NCBI GenBank assembly: GCA_011620595.1
Contig: WOYX01000057.1
Location: forward strand, 28,473 to 92,472
DNA length: 64,000 nucleotides
Direction: 5' to 3'
Origin: Bacteroidales bacterium
GTDB lineage: Bacteria > Bacteroidota > Bacteroidia > Bacteroidales > VadinHA17
In this document: in pieces, positions 38,701 through 45,205 of the stretch
Layout of the letters: the number at the start of each line of letters is the position of its first letter
Position numbering within the stretch: the first letter of the stretch is position 1
Notes under the pieces: generated by a model
The model's input: the letters and a program-made list of their open reading frames with translations, nothing else
Databases searched by the model: none
What the model was told of the DNA's origin: nothing
Translations under genes and position numbers: made by a program

Positions 38701-38815
38701 CACCGCAGTCCCAGAAGCTGACAGTCGGCTCTATCGTCAGGAGGTACACCATGAGCGACACTGCAAAGAGTGCCCATCCTGTTATGTTGTTCCAAAGCCT
38801 GAAATCCCTTACCAT
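35762..38815 (-). CDS. DUF2723-family large membrane protein (GT-C-like putative glycosyltransferase)
   Basis: 1017 aa. N-terminal SFWDCGEFI..EVGHPPGAPFF motif with many TM helices. C-terminal soluble TPR-like part. The family name is from memory. Confidence 0.75.
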   Translation of the reverse strand: MVRDFRLWNNITGWALFAVSLMVYLLTIEPTVSFWDCGEFILCSYRLEVGHPPGAPFFLLLGRFFTLFAGGDTSKVAMMVNIMSALASAFTILFLFWSVTRIIRLATGDGTEVTGGKALAILASGAVGALAYAFSDTFWFSAVEGEVYATSSLFTAAVFWAMLRWYDEADDPHAGRWIILIAYLMGLSIGVHLLNLLALPVLVLIWYFRKYEVTAKGVVYATLTGFLILGVLNFLFIPGVAKVAGWFELFFVNTLGMPFNSGLYIYLVLLVGLTAGGLWYSLKKKRVILNRVLTVAAVLLLGYSSFALIIIRANAHPPMNQNDPSDVFSFIYYINRTQYGRAPLVYGHYYSAPVVGIKRKTGGYNKKEGRYVPYYSSEYEYDKRFMTLFPRMYSSDPDHIRQYEYWGKVKGRKIAVRSGGSNEQVTLPSFGENLRFFFRYQVGVMYMRYFMWNWSGRQNDLQGNGNVMDGNWVSGIPFIDNPRLGDQSQLPAENRNNPAHNRYYLLPLLTGLAGLFWQYRKDRKGLSLVFLLFLMTGLAIVTYLNQNPSQPRERDYAYAGSFYAWAMWIGMGVMFFFDLLRRFMKDYPAAVIPSAVLMAAVPLLMILENYDDHDRSDRYTARDIASNYLSTCDENAILLTYGDNDSFPLWYIQDVEGFRTDVRVANLSYLQSGFYIETMSRKAFESDPLPFTLPPDKYVEGERVQLPVEDIIKEPTPIRKVVEFAGSDDPKAKVDLSGRGDFFNFIPVREFIVDVDSAHVLATGAVRPWHADRMLTPMIWKFRGTMAIKDDLAVMDIMAGNNWERPLYYATTVPGSTYIGLEDFFVLEGMAYRVSPIRIDPPAPGETGMVDTREMYDNMMNSFRWGNAGKEGVYLDENNRRLFDVFRRQFARLSQALVLEGDTVRALAAAEKGLGIVPPEKMPYDYFSIELAEALAMAGERERAEDMFNTITDNALASLSFIAALPDEKGYGLDYTVSVSLQALLEVYRKAISLGMPALAERASQELNRYYGEVRPG

Positions 38816-38824
38816 ATCCTTATC

Positions 38825-39337
38825 TTATTTATCTTCAGTAATAAACCTCCAGGGCATGCTGACCCACGGCTCTCCCGCATAGTTGATGCCCACACGCGGG
38901 ATGGCCCTCAGTGCCGGCCTGCGGCCGGTATCCTCCAGCCAGATGCGGGCGGAGACGTTCATATCTTCTCCGTTATATGAACCGTCTATGCCCAGCGCCC
39001 GTGTGACACGTCCGGGACCGGAAACCGATGCCACGCCCCTGATAAGCACAGCCTGCGGCTCATTAATCATTCCAGTTACTATATTCATCATCCAGTGCAT
39101 GCCGTAAATGAAGTAAATATAGAGATGTCCCCCCTCCATGTACATCACTTCCGTACGTCCGGTTCTACCCTTGCTGGCATGACAGGCCCTGTCTTCTTCT
39201 CCAAGATAGGCTTCGGTCTCGGTTATCATGTATCGTCCACAATGATCACCCGATCCTATGACGATATCCATCCCCGGAAGCATCCTGGCTACGGTCACCG
39301 CATCACCGAGGAAGAATGATTTCGCTGTTCTTGGCAT
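38825..39337 (-). CDS. mpg: DNA-3-methyladenine glycosylase (Mpg/AAG family)
   Basis: ITETEAY..D.ACHA..GRT.RTEVM...GG.LY.Y..YGMH...N.V pattern. Confidence 0.8.
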   Translation of the reverse strand: MPRTAKSFFLGDAVTVARMLPGMDIVIGSGDHCGRYMITETEAYLGEEDRACHASKGRTGRTEVMYMEGGHLYIYFIYGMHWMMNIVTGMINEPQAVLIRGVASVSGPGRVTRALGIDGSYNGEDMNVSARIWLEDTGRRPALRAIPRVGINYAGEPWVSMPWRFITEDK

Positions 39338-39346
39338 CGTCGCTGA

Positions 39347-39826
39347 TCAGTATCTTACCTTATCAGGGTACTCCTCCCATTTTCTCAGCACGTTGTCTCC
39401 CTGTTCAATAAGCCCGCGCTCCATCATTATACTCCTGTCATCCTTGTCATGCGTCAGTTCTCTGTATATCTTTTCGTCATCAAACCCCGCAGCAGCGGCA
39501 CCGTGACGGTCAGAGGCATAGACAACCCTTCTGATGCCCGCCCAGTAAATGGCTCCAAGGCACATGGGACAGGGCTCACAGGATGCATACAACACACAGT
39601 CGCTGAGGTCATGTGTCCCCAGCAGGGCGGAGGCCTGGCGAATGGCTTCTATCTCGGCATGAGCCGTAGGGTCATGCGATGGCACCACCATGTTTGCAGC
39701 ACGGGCTACAAGACGGCCGTGGCATGCTATCACCGCACCGAAGGGACCACCCCCTTCGGTGATGTTCCTGAAGGCGGTATCTATCGCCAGCTCAAGATAT
39801 TCCCTGTCTATGCTCTTAAGTGTCAT
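39347..39826 (-). CDS. guaD: guanine deaminase (CDA-fold, GuaD-like)
   Basis: GGPFGAVI, DPTAHAEIEAIR and SCEPCPMCLGAIYWA, plus a C-terminal AAAGFDDEKIY tail. This closely resembles what I recall of B. subtilis GuaD. Confidence 0.8.
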   Translation of the reverse strand: MTLKSIDREYLELAIDTAFRNITEGGGPFGAVIACHGRLVARAANMVVPSHDPTAHAEIEAIRQASALLGTHDLSDCVLYASCEPCPMCLGAIYWAGIRRVVYASDRHGAAAAGFDDEKIYRELTHDKDDRSIMMERGLIEQGDNVLRKWEEYPDKVRY

Positions 39827-39984
39827 CTCTCCATTGTGTGAAATCTAACAGCGTGTAAAAATAAGAAAAGAATGGAGCTATGGTAAAGGAACAGTTACTA
39901 TTGTCGCATCAAATCTCTCTTTAACAGATTGGTCCCCGGGGAAAATTAAAAGTACAACATATTGCTCAGAATAAAAATAAGTTG

Positions 39985-39992
39985 TATTTTTG
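39985..39992 (+). promoter_or_regulatory. -7 promoter box TATTTTTG for rplM-rpsI
   Basis: TAnnTTTG match 63 nt upstream of the GTG start at 40056. Confidence 0.5.
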
Positions 39993-40055
39993 CAGACCCC
40001 AAAATTGGGGTTTTTATTTTGAATTTATATTAATTACCAAAACCTTAGTACCAAA

Positions 40056-40511
40056 GTGAACACCTTAAGCTACAAGACAGTATCGGCCAACAAGGCTACT
40101 GTTGAAAAAGAGTGGGTACTTGTAGATGCGGAGGGTCAGACGCTCGGACGTCTGGCATCTGTTGTTGCCCTGATGCTGAGGGGGAAGCACAAGACCAGCT
40201 TCACACCTCATGTCGACTGTGGTGACAATGTCATCGTTATCAACGCGGAGAAGATCACGATGACAGGAGCAAAGATGACAGACAAGGAGTACATCAGGCA
40301 TACCGGTTACCCCGGAGGCCAGAGGATCGTCAAGGCTGACGAGCTGATGAAGAAGCAACCTACACGGATGATTGAATACGCCGTGAAGGGAATGCTCCCG
40401 AAAAACAGGCTTGGAAGCGCCATCTTCAGGAACCTTTATGTGTATGAGGGCCCGGAACACAAACATGAGGCCCAGCAACCCAAATTAATCGATTTAAAAA
40501 CCATTAAGTAA
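40056..40511 (+). CDS. rplM: 50S ribosomal protein L13
   Basis: NTLSYKT..KEWVLVDA.GQTLGRLAS. GTG start. Confidence 0.95.
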   Translation: MNTLSYKTVSANKATVEKEWVLVDAEGQTLGRLASVVALMLRGKHKTSFTPHVDCGDNVIVINAEKITMTGAKMTDKEYIRHTGYPGGQRIVKADELMKKQPTRMIEYAVKGMLPKNRLGSAIFRNLYVYEGPEHKHEAQQPKLIDLKTIK

Positions 40512-40516
40512 GTAAC

Positions 40517-40903
40517 ATGGAAGTTATCAACGCTATCGGAAGAAGGAAGGCAGCGGTCGCCAGGGTTTACCTCAGCGACGGTAAGGGGCAGATTACGATC
40601 AACGACCGGGAGTATAAGCAGTATTTCCCGAACGAGATCCTTCAGTATGTTGTCCTTCAGCCACTAAACCTTCTTGAAGTTGCCGACAAATATGACATCA
40701 GAGTCACCCTTGACGGCGGTGGATTCAAAGGTCAGGCAGAGGCGGTGCGTCTTGGGATTTCCAGAGCTCTGATCAAGGTAGATCCGGAGTACAAGCCGAA
40801 GCTGAAAGCAGAAGGCTTCACTACCCGCGATCCGCGCGAGGTCGAGAGAAAGAAGCCCGGCAGACCCAAGGCACGCAAGAGATTCCAGTTCAGCAAGCGT
40901 TAG
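40517..40903 (+). CDS. rpsI: 30S ribosomal protein S9
   Basis: GRRKAAVARV.. start and ..KARKRFQFSKR end. Confidence 0.95.
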   Translation: MEVINAIGRRKAAVARVYLSDGKGQITINDREYKQYFPNEILQYVVLQPLNLLEVADKYDIRVTLDGGGFKGQAEAVRLGISRALIKVDPEYKPKLKAEGFTTRDPREVERKKPGRPKARKRFQFSKR

Positions 40904-41020
40904 GAGTTCAACGGCAATTTATCATAGATGCAGGTTTAGTATCTAAATTGCATTGACTTCCCGCCAGGAACTACTCTGCAATTGACTTCACAGAACGTAA
41001 ACTTAACAATCACTATCAAA

Positions 41021-41893
41021 ATGTCAAGAACCAGTTTTAAAGAATTACTTGATGCCGGCGCACACTTCGGGCACCTGAAGAGAAAATGGAACCCGGGTAT
41101 GGCTCCCTACATCTTTATGGAGCGCAACGGCATTCACATCATCGACCTTGAAAAGACTGTCGTCAAGATTGACGAGGCAGCAGCTGCCATTAAGCAGATA
41201 GCCAAGTCGGGTCGCAAGGTGCTCTTCGTCGCCACAAAAAAGCAGGCCAAAGAGATCGTCGCCGAAAAGGTGGGAGCGGTAAACATGCCGTACGTCACTG
41301 AGAGATGGCCTGGAGGAATGCTCACCAACTTCCCCACGATACGCAAGGCGGTCAAGAAAATGGGATCAATAGACAAGATGGCCACCGACGGCACATTCGA
41401 CAACCTCTCAAAAAGAGAGAGGCTGCAGATCACACGCCAGAGAGCCAAACTGGAAAAGAACCTCGGCTCCATTGCCGACATGACCCGGCAACCCTCAGCC
41501 CTTTTCGTGGTTGATGTTGTCAAGGAAAAAATTGCCGTGCATGAGGCTAAAAGACTGGGCATACCCGTCTTTGCCATGGTTGACACAAACTCAGACCCTT
41601 CTGATATAGACTTTGTGATACCTGCAAATGATGATGCAGCCAAATCCATCTCACTGGTGATTGACATCATGTGCAAAGCCATTGCGGAAGGACTCGAGGA
41701 GCGCAAGTCAGAGAAAGACAAGGATAGTACCTCAGGAGATAAGGAGGAGGCTTCCGGGGGAACCGGAAAGCGCAAATACAGTGCCCTTGATTATGAAGAG
41801 GAAAAAGTTGAGGTGACGGATGAAGAGGAGACGGTGTCTGAGGTTGCGGAAGAAAAAGCAACTGATGCAAAGGTCGCCGGTGAGGAGGAATAA
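41021..41893 (+). CDS. rpsB: 30S ribosomal protein S2 (with an acidic C-terminal extension)
   Basis: FKELLDAGAHFGH..RWNP. Start taken at ATG 41021 rather than track start 40982. Confidence 0.93.
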   Translation: MSRTSFKELLDAGAHFGHLKRKWNPGMAPYIFMERNGIHIIDLEKTVVKIDEAAAAIKQIAKSGRKVLFVATKKQAKEIVAEKVGAVNMPYVTERWPGGMLTNFPTIRKAVKKMGSIDKMATDGTFDNLSKRERLQITRQRAKLEKNLGSIADMTRQPSALFVVDVVKEKIAVHEAKRLGIPVFAMVDTNSDPSDIDFVIPANDDAAKSISLVIDIMCKAIAEGLEERKSEKDKDSTSGDKEEASGGTGKRKYSALDYEEEKVEVTDEEETVSEVAEEKATDAKVAGEEE

Positions 41894-41923
41894 TTGTTCA
41901 ACCATTAAAAAAAGATTTATACT

Positions 41924-42754
41924 ATGTCAAATATTAGCGCTGCCGATGTCGCCAAACTGAGAAGAATGACTGGCGCCGGCATGATGGATTGCAAGAAAGC
42001 TCTCGAAGAAGCACAGGGCGATTTCGAAAAAGCTCAGGAACTGATACGCAAGAGGGGCCAGGCTATCGCAAACAAGCGTGCCGACCGCGAAGCATCCGAA
42101 GGTGTCGTACTGGCAAAAACAACTGCTGACGGCACCAGGGGCATGATGATCGCCCTCAACTGCGAAACCGATTTTGTTGCAAAAAACGCTGACTTCATCG
42201 CTCTCAGCCATAAGATTCTCGACACGGCACTCAGCAGTGACCCTGCTGATCTTGAGGCACTTAAGGAGACCGTCACAGACGGTAAGAAAGTGTCCGAAAT
42301 GGTGCTTGAGCATAGCGGAATCACCGGCGAGAAATTTGAACTCTCCTTCTTCAGCAAGATTGAGGCAGCAGCCGTTCAGGCATATATCCACCAGGGCAAC
42401 ATGCTTGCAACTCTCGTCGGTTTCAATAAAGCCGGCATCGATCCGCAAGTTTACAAGGATGTGGCTATGCAGGTGGCTGCCATGAACCCCGTCGCCATCG
42501 ATAAGGATGACGTGCCTGAGAAAATACTCGCACAGGAGCTGGATATCGCCAGGGAGCAGGCCAAACGCGAAGGCAAGCCCGAAGAGATGCTTGAAAAAAT
42601 TGCCCAGGGCAAACTCAACAAGTTCTTCAAGGAGAGCACTCTCCTGAACCAGGAGTTTATCAAGGACAACAAGCTTACAATCAGGCAGTATCTGCAGAGC
42701 CAGGCAAAAGATCTTACGGTCACCGGATTTGTTCGCTTCACGCTGAATACATAA
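41924..42754 (+). CDS. tsf: elongation factor Ts
   Basis: ISAADVAKLRRMTGAGMMDCKKAL UBA-like N-terminus. Confidence 0.95.
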   Translation: MSNISAADVAKLRRMTGAGMMDCKKALEEAQGDFEKAQELIRKRGQAIANKRADREASEGVVLAKTTADGTRGMMIALNCETDFVAKNADFIALSHKILDTALSSDPADLEALKETVTDGKKVSEMVLEHSGITGEKFELSFFSKIEAAAVQAYIHQGNMLATLVGFNKAGIDPQVYKDVAMQVAAMNPVAIDKDDVPEKILAQELDIAREQAKREGKPEEMLEKIAQGKLNKFFKESTLLNQEFIKDNKLTIRQYLQSQAKDLTVTGFVRFTLNT

Positions 42755-42799
42755 GCCGGGGCGGATACAGGGTTATCTTTCCGGACAACTCATAAGGCA

Positions 42800-42834
42800 G
42801 GGACTCCCGCAACCGGGAGTCCCTCCTTTTTTTT
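42800..42834 (+). terminator. intrinsic terminator after tsf
   Basis: GGGACTCCCG-caac-CGGGAGTCCC 10-bp stem followed by TCCTTTTTTTT. Confidence 0.8.
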
Positions 42835-42977
42835 GACCCAAAACTTAAAAATTAGTAACTTGTACCGGGAAAAATATCATCTCCTTGTGTAACTTGCATG
42901 AGCAGGTGCCCACAAAAGGAATGACTATATATTTCCCCGGGTCTATTTGCCCACTAAAACAATTAATATTAAACCCA

Positions 42978-43187
42978 ATGAAAAAGAACATCGGTAAAAC
43001 AGACAAAATCGTGCGCCTTGTACTGGCAGCAGTGCTGCTGATCCTTTATTTTGTCATCAATACGAAGATCCTCGGACTGATCTTTATCATTCTTGCCATC
43101 ATTCTGGCTCTCACTGCACTTTCAGGCACCTGCCCCCTCTATTACATATTCAGAACAGACACACTGGAGAAGAAGGAGGAGGAGTAG
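42978..43187 (+). CDS. DUF2892 (YgaP-like) small membrane protein
   Basis: MKKNIGKTDKIVRLVLAAVLL.. and ..GTCPLY motif. Start taken at ATG 42978. Confidence 0.7.
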   Translation: MKKNIGKTDKIVRLVLAAVLLILYFVINTKILGLIFIILAIILALTALSGTCPLYYIFRTDTLEKKEEE

Positions 43188-43215
43188 CAGTTGCCCTGAA
43201 AGAGATATTGTACTG

Positions 43216-43257
43216 ATGCAGCAAAACCCTTACAACAGGGTTCTGCTGCATTTTTTT
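43216..43257 (+). terminator. intrinsic terminator
   Basis: ATGCAGCAAAACCCT-tacaac-AGGGTTCTGCTGCAT, a 15-bp stem with one mismatch, followed by TTTTTTT. Confidence 0.75.
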
Positions 43258-43326
43258 CTGACTGCCCTCCCCGACCGGGCACAATTTTTACTAATTTCGT
43301 TACCATCATAATAACAGAATGTTGCA

Positions 43327-44034
43327 ATGAAATACAAACGGATATTGCTAAAGCTCAGCGGCGAGTCGGCCGGCGGCCCTGACGGCACCGGCATTGATGC
43401 CGGGGTGTTGACTGCATATGCCCAACAGGTAAAGAGCGTGGTTTCGATGGGTTGTCAGGTTGCCATTGTCATCGGCGGAGGAAACATATTCCGCGGACTG
43501 GGCAGCAGCGGTGAGGGTTATGACCGTCTCAAGGGTGACCAGATGGGCATGCTTGCCACCGTCATCAACAGCCTTGCACTGGAAAGCTTTCTTACCAGGG
43601 CAGGATGCAGCGCGAAAGTCTTCACCTCAATCCGCATGGAACCCGTGGGAGAGCTCTATATCCGCGACAGGGTCTCATCAGCACTTGAATGCGGCTGCGT
43701 TTGCATACTGGCAGGAGGTACCGGCAATCCCTTCTTCACCACTGACACCGCTGCCGCACTGCGAGCCGTGGAACTGAATTGCGATGTGATGCTCAAGGGT
43801 ACCAGGGTTGATGGCGTCTATACCGCTGACCCGGAGAAAGAGCCTACAGCAGTGAGGTATGAAACTCTTACTTTCGCCGAGGCACTGGAGAAAAAGCTCA
43901 GGGTGATGGACCGGACAGCTTTTGCCATGTGCAGCGAGAACAGCATGCCCGTAATAGTCTTTGATATGAACAGGGAGGGAAACCTCGGGGCAGTCGTCAG
44001 CGGAAGCAGTCAGGGTACCCTCATCACTCCCTGA
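43327..44034 (+). CDS. pyrH: UMP kinase
   Basis: YKRILLKLSGE..IVIGGGNIFRG. Confidence 0.93.
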   Translation: MKYKRILLKLSGESAGGPDGTGIDAGVLTAYAQQVKSVVSMGCQVAIVIGGGNIFRGLGSSGEGYDRLKGDQMGMLATVINSLALESFLTRAGCSAKVFTSIRMEPVGELYIRDRVSSALECGCVCILAGGTGNPFFTTDTAAALRAVELNCDVMLKGTRVDGVYTADPEKEPTAVRYETLTFAEALEKKLRVMDRTAFAMCSENSMPVIVFDMNREGNLGAVVSGSSQGTLITP

Positions 44035-44046
44035 AAAAATTTTAAC

Positions 44047-44054
44047 TACATTTG
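44047..44054 (+). promoter_or_regulatory. -7 promoter box TACATTTG upstream of frr
   Basis: TAnnTTTG match 25 nt upstream of ATG 44080. Confidence 0.45.
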
Positions 44055-44079
44055 CCTAATACGGAACAATACTGACGCA

Positions 44080-44643
44080 ATGACTGACGAACTGGAACTT
44101 ATAAGGGATGAAGCCGATGAGAGGATGGAAAAGTCCATCAGGCATCTCGAATATGAACTGTCGCACCTCCGTGCCGGCAGGGCCAACCCCCTTTTGCTTG
44201 ACGGTATCAATGTCGACTACTATGGAACCAGCACTCCTCTCGCTCAGGTATCCAACATCAACACACCAGATGCGAAAAGCATCATCATCCAGCCGTGGGA
44301 GAAATCTATGCTGGGAGTGATCGAAAAAGCCATCCTCGCAGCAAATATAGGCATGACGCCGATGAATAACGGTGAGGCTATCCGCATTAATGTGCCGCCT
44401 CTTACCGAAGAACGCCGGCACCAGCTGGTAAAACAGGTGCGACAGGAGGGTGAGACAGCCAGGATCAGTATACGCTCAAGCCGCAAATGGTTCCTCGACG
44501 AACTCAAAAACCTTGAAAAGGAGGGTCTGCCAGAAGATGAGGAGAAAAACGGACAGAAAATCATCCAGGAGATAACCGACAAGTATATAGCCAAAGTAGA
44601 CAGGATCATTGAGGTCAAGGAGAAAGAGATCCTGACGGTCTGA
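44080..44643 (+). CDS. frr: ribosome recycling factor
   Basis: RAGRANP.LLD.I.V.YYG..TPL.Q pattern. 187 aa. Confidence 0.93.
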   Translation: MTDELELIRDEADERMEKSIRHLEYELSHLRAGRANPLLLDGINVDYYGTSTPLAQVSNINTPDAKSIIIQPWEKSMLGVIEKAILAANIGMTPMNNGEAIRINVPPLTEERRHQLVKQVRQEGETARISIRSSRKWFLDELKNLEKEGLPEDEEKNGQKIIQEITDKYIAKVDRIIEVKEKEILTV

Positions 44644-44716
44644 CAGAAGATGCGGACGACTATTTTTACATAGAAAACAATACCCTCAACCCGGCCGTGG
44701 TAAAGTACGTGACGGG

Positions 44717-45205
44717 GTGGAGCTTACAGAAAGCACGGATATTGAGCTTACAGTAACAGGCATACAGGGAACCTGCCAGAACCTCCTGGCTGTCAGCATC
44801 CCCCTGATGGCTCAGACAAATGACAATGTGGTGCACGCAACCCCGATAGCCATAGGTGAGAACGGACCATTCTCAAACAAATGTGCAACCGTTCAGGGCG
44901 GGGAACCTGTACCCCCGTTCGACAGCTGTACGGGACAGTTGTCATGGTGCGATGAGTACAGCACAGGTGAATATATTGTTGAAAACAGCGTTTGGTTTTC
45001 CTTTACCCCGGAGGTGAATCAGAAGATCATGTTATCGTCAATGGGCATGGATAACCAGATAGCGGTTTACAGGGCTGCCTCTCCTGAAGAGCTCCTTGCC
45101 GGCAACTATACACTTATAGGTGCAAATGATGATTTTACAGACACAGACTACAACGCCCGCATATACTGCGGCAGCAAGGTCACTGTCACAAAAGTGGTTG
45201 TCTAA
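44717..45205 (+). CDS. hypothetical protein, possibly a truncated or frameshifted remnant of a secreted protein
   Basis: Only a GTG start is available. An internal signal-peptide-like ..LLAVSIPLMAQ. A second frame directly after the frr stop reads EDADDYFYIENNTLNPAVVKYVTGW... The 3' end overlaps the convergent acylase gene by 4 nt. Confidence 0.35.
   Translation: MELTESTDIELTVTGIQGTCQNLLAVSIPLMAQTNDNVVHATPIAIGENGPFSNKCATVQGGEPVPPFDSCTGQLSWCDEYSTGEYIVENSVWFSFTPEVNQKIMLSSMGMDNQIAVYRAASPEELLAGNYTLIGANDDFTDTDYNARIYCGSKVTVTKVVV

Noticed and set aside
41134-41775. 213-aa minus-strand ORF antisense to rpsB, and 173-aa antisense to tsf (41927..42448)
   Set aside because: They overlap universally conserved ribosomal and translation genes. 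The sequences are Ser/Leu-rich with no support.
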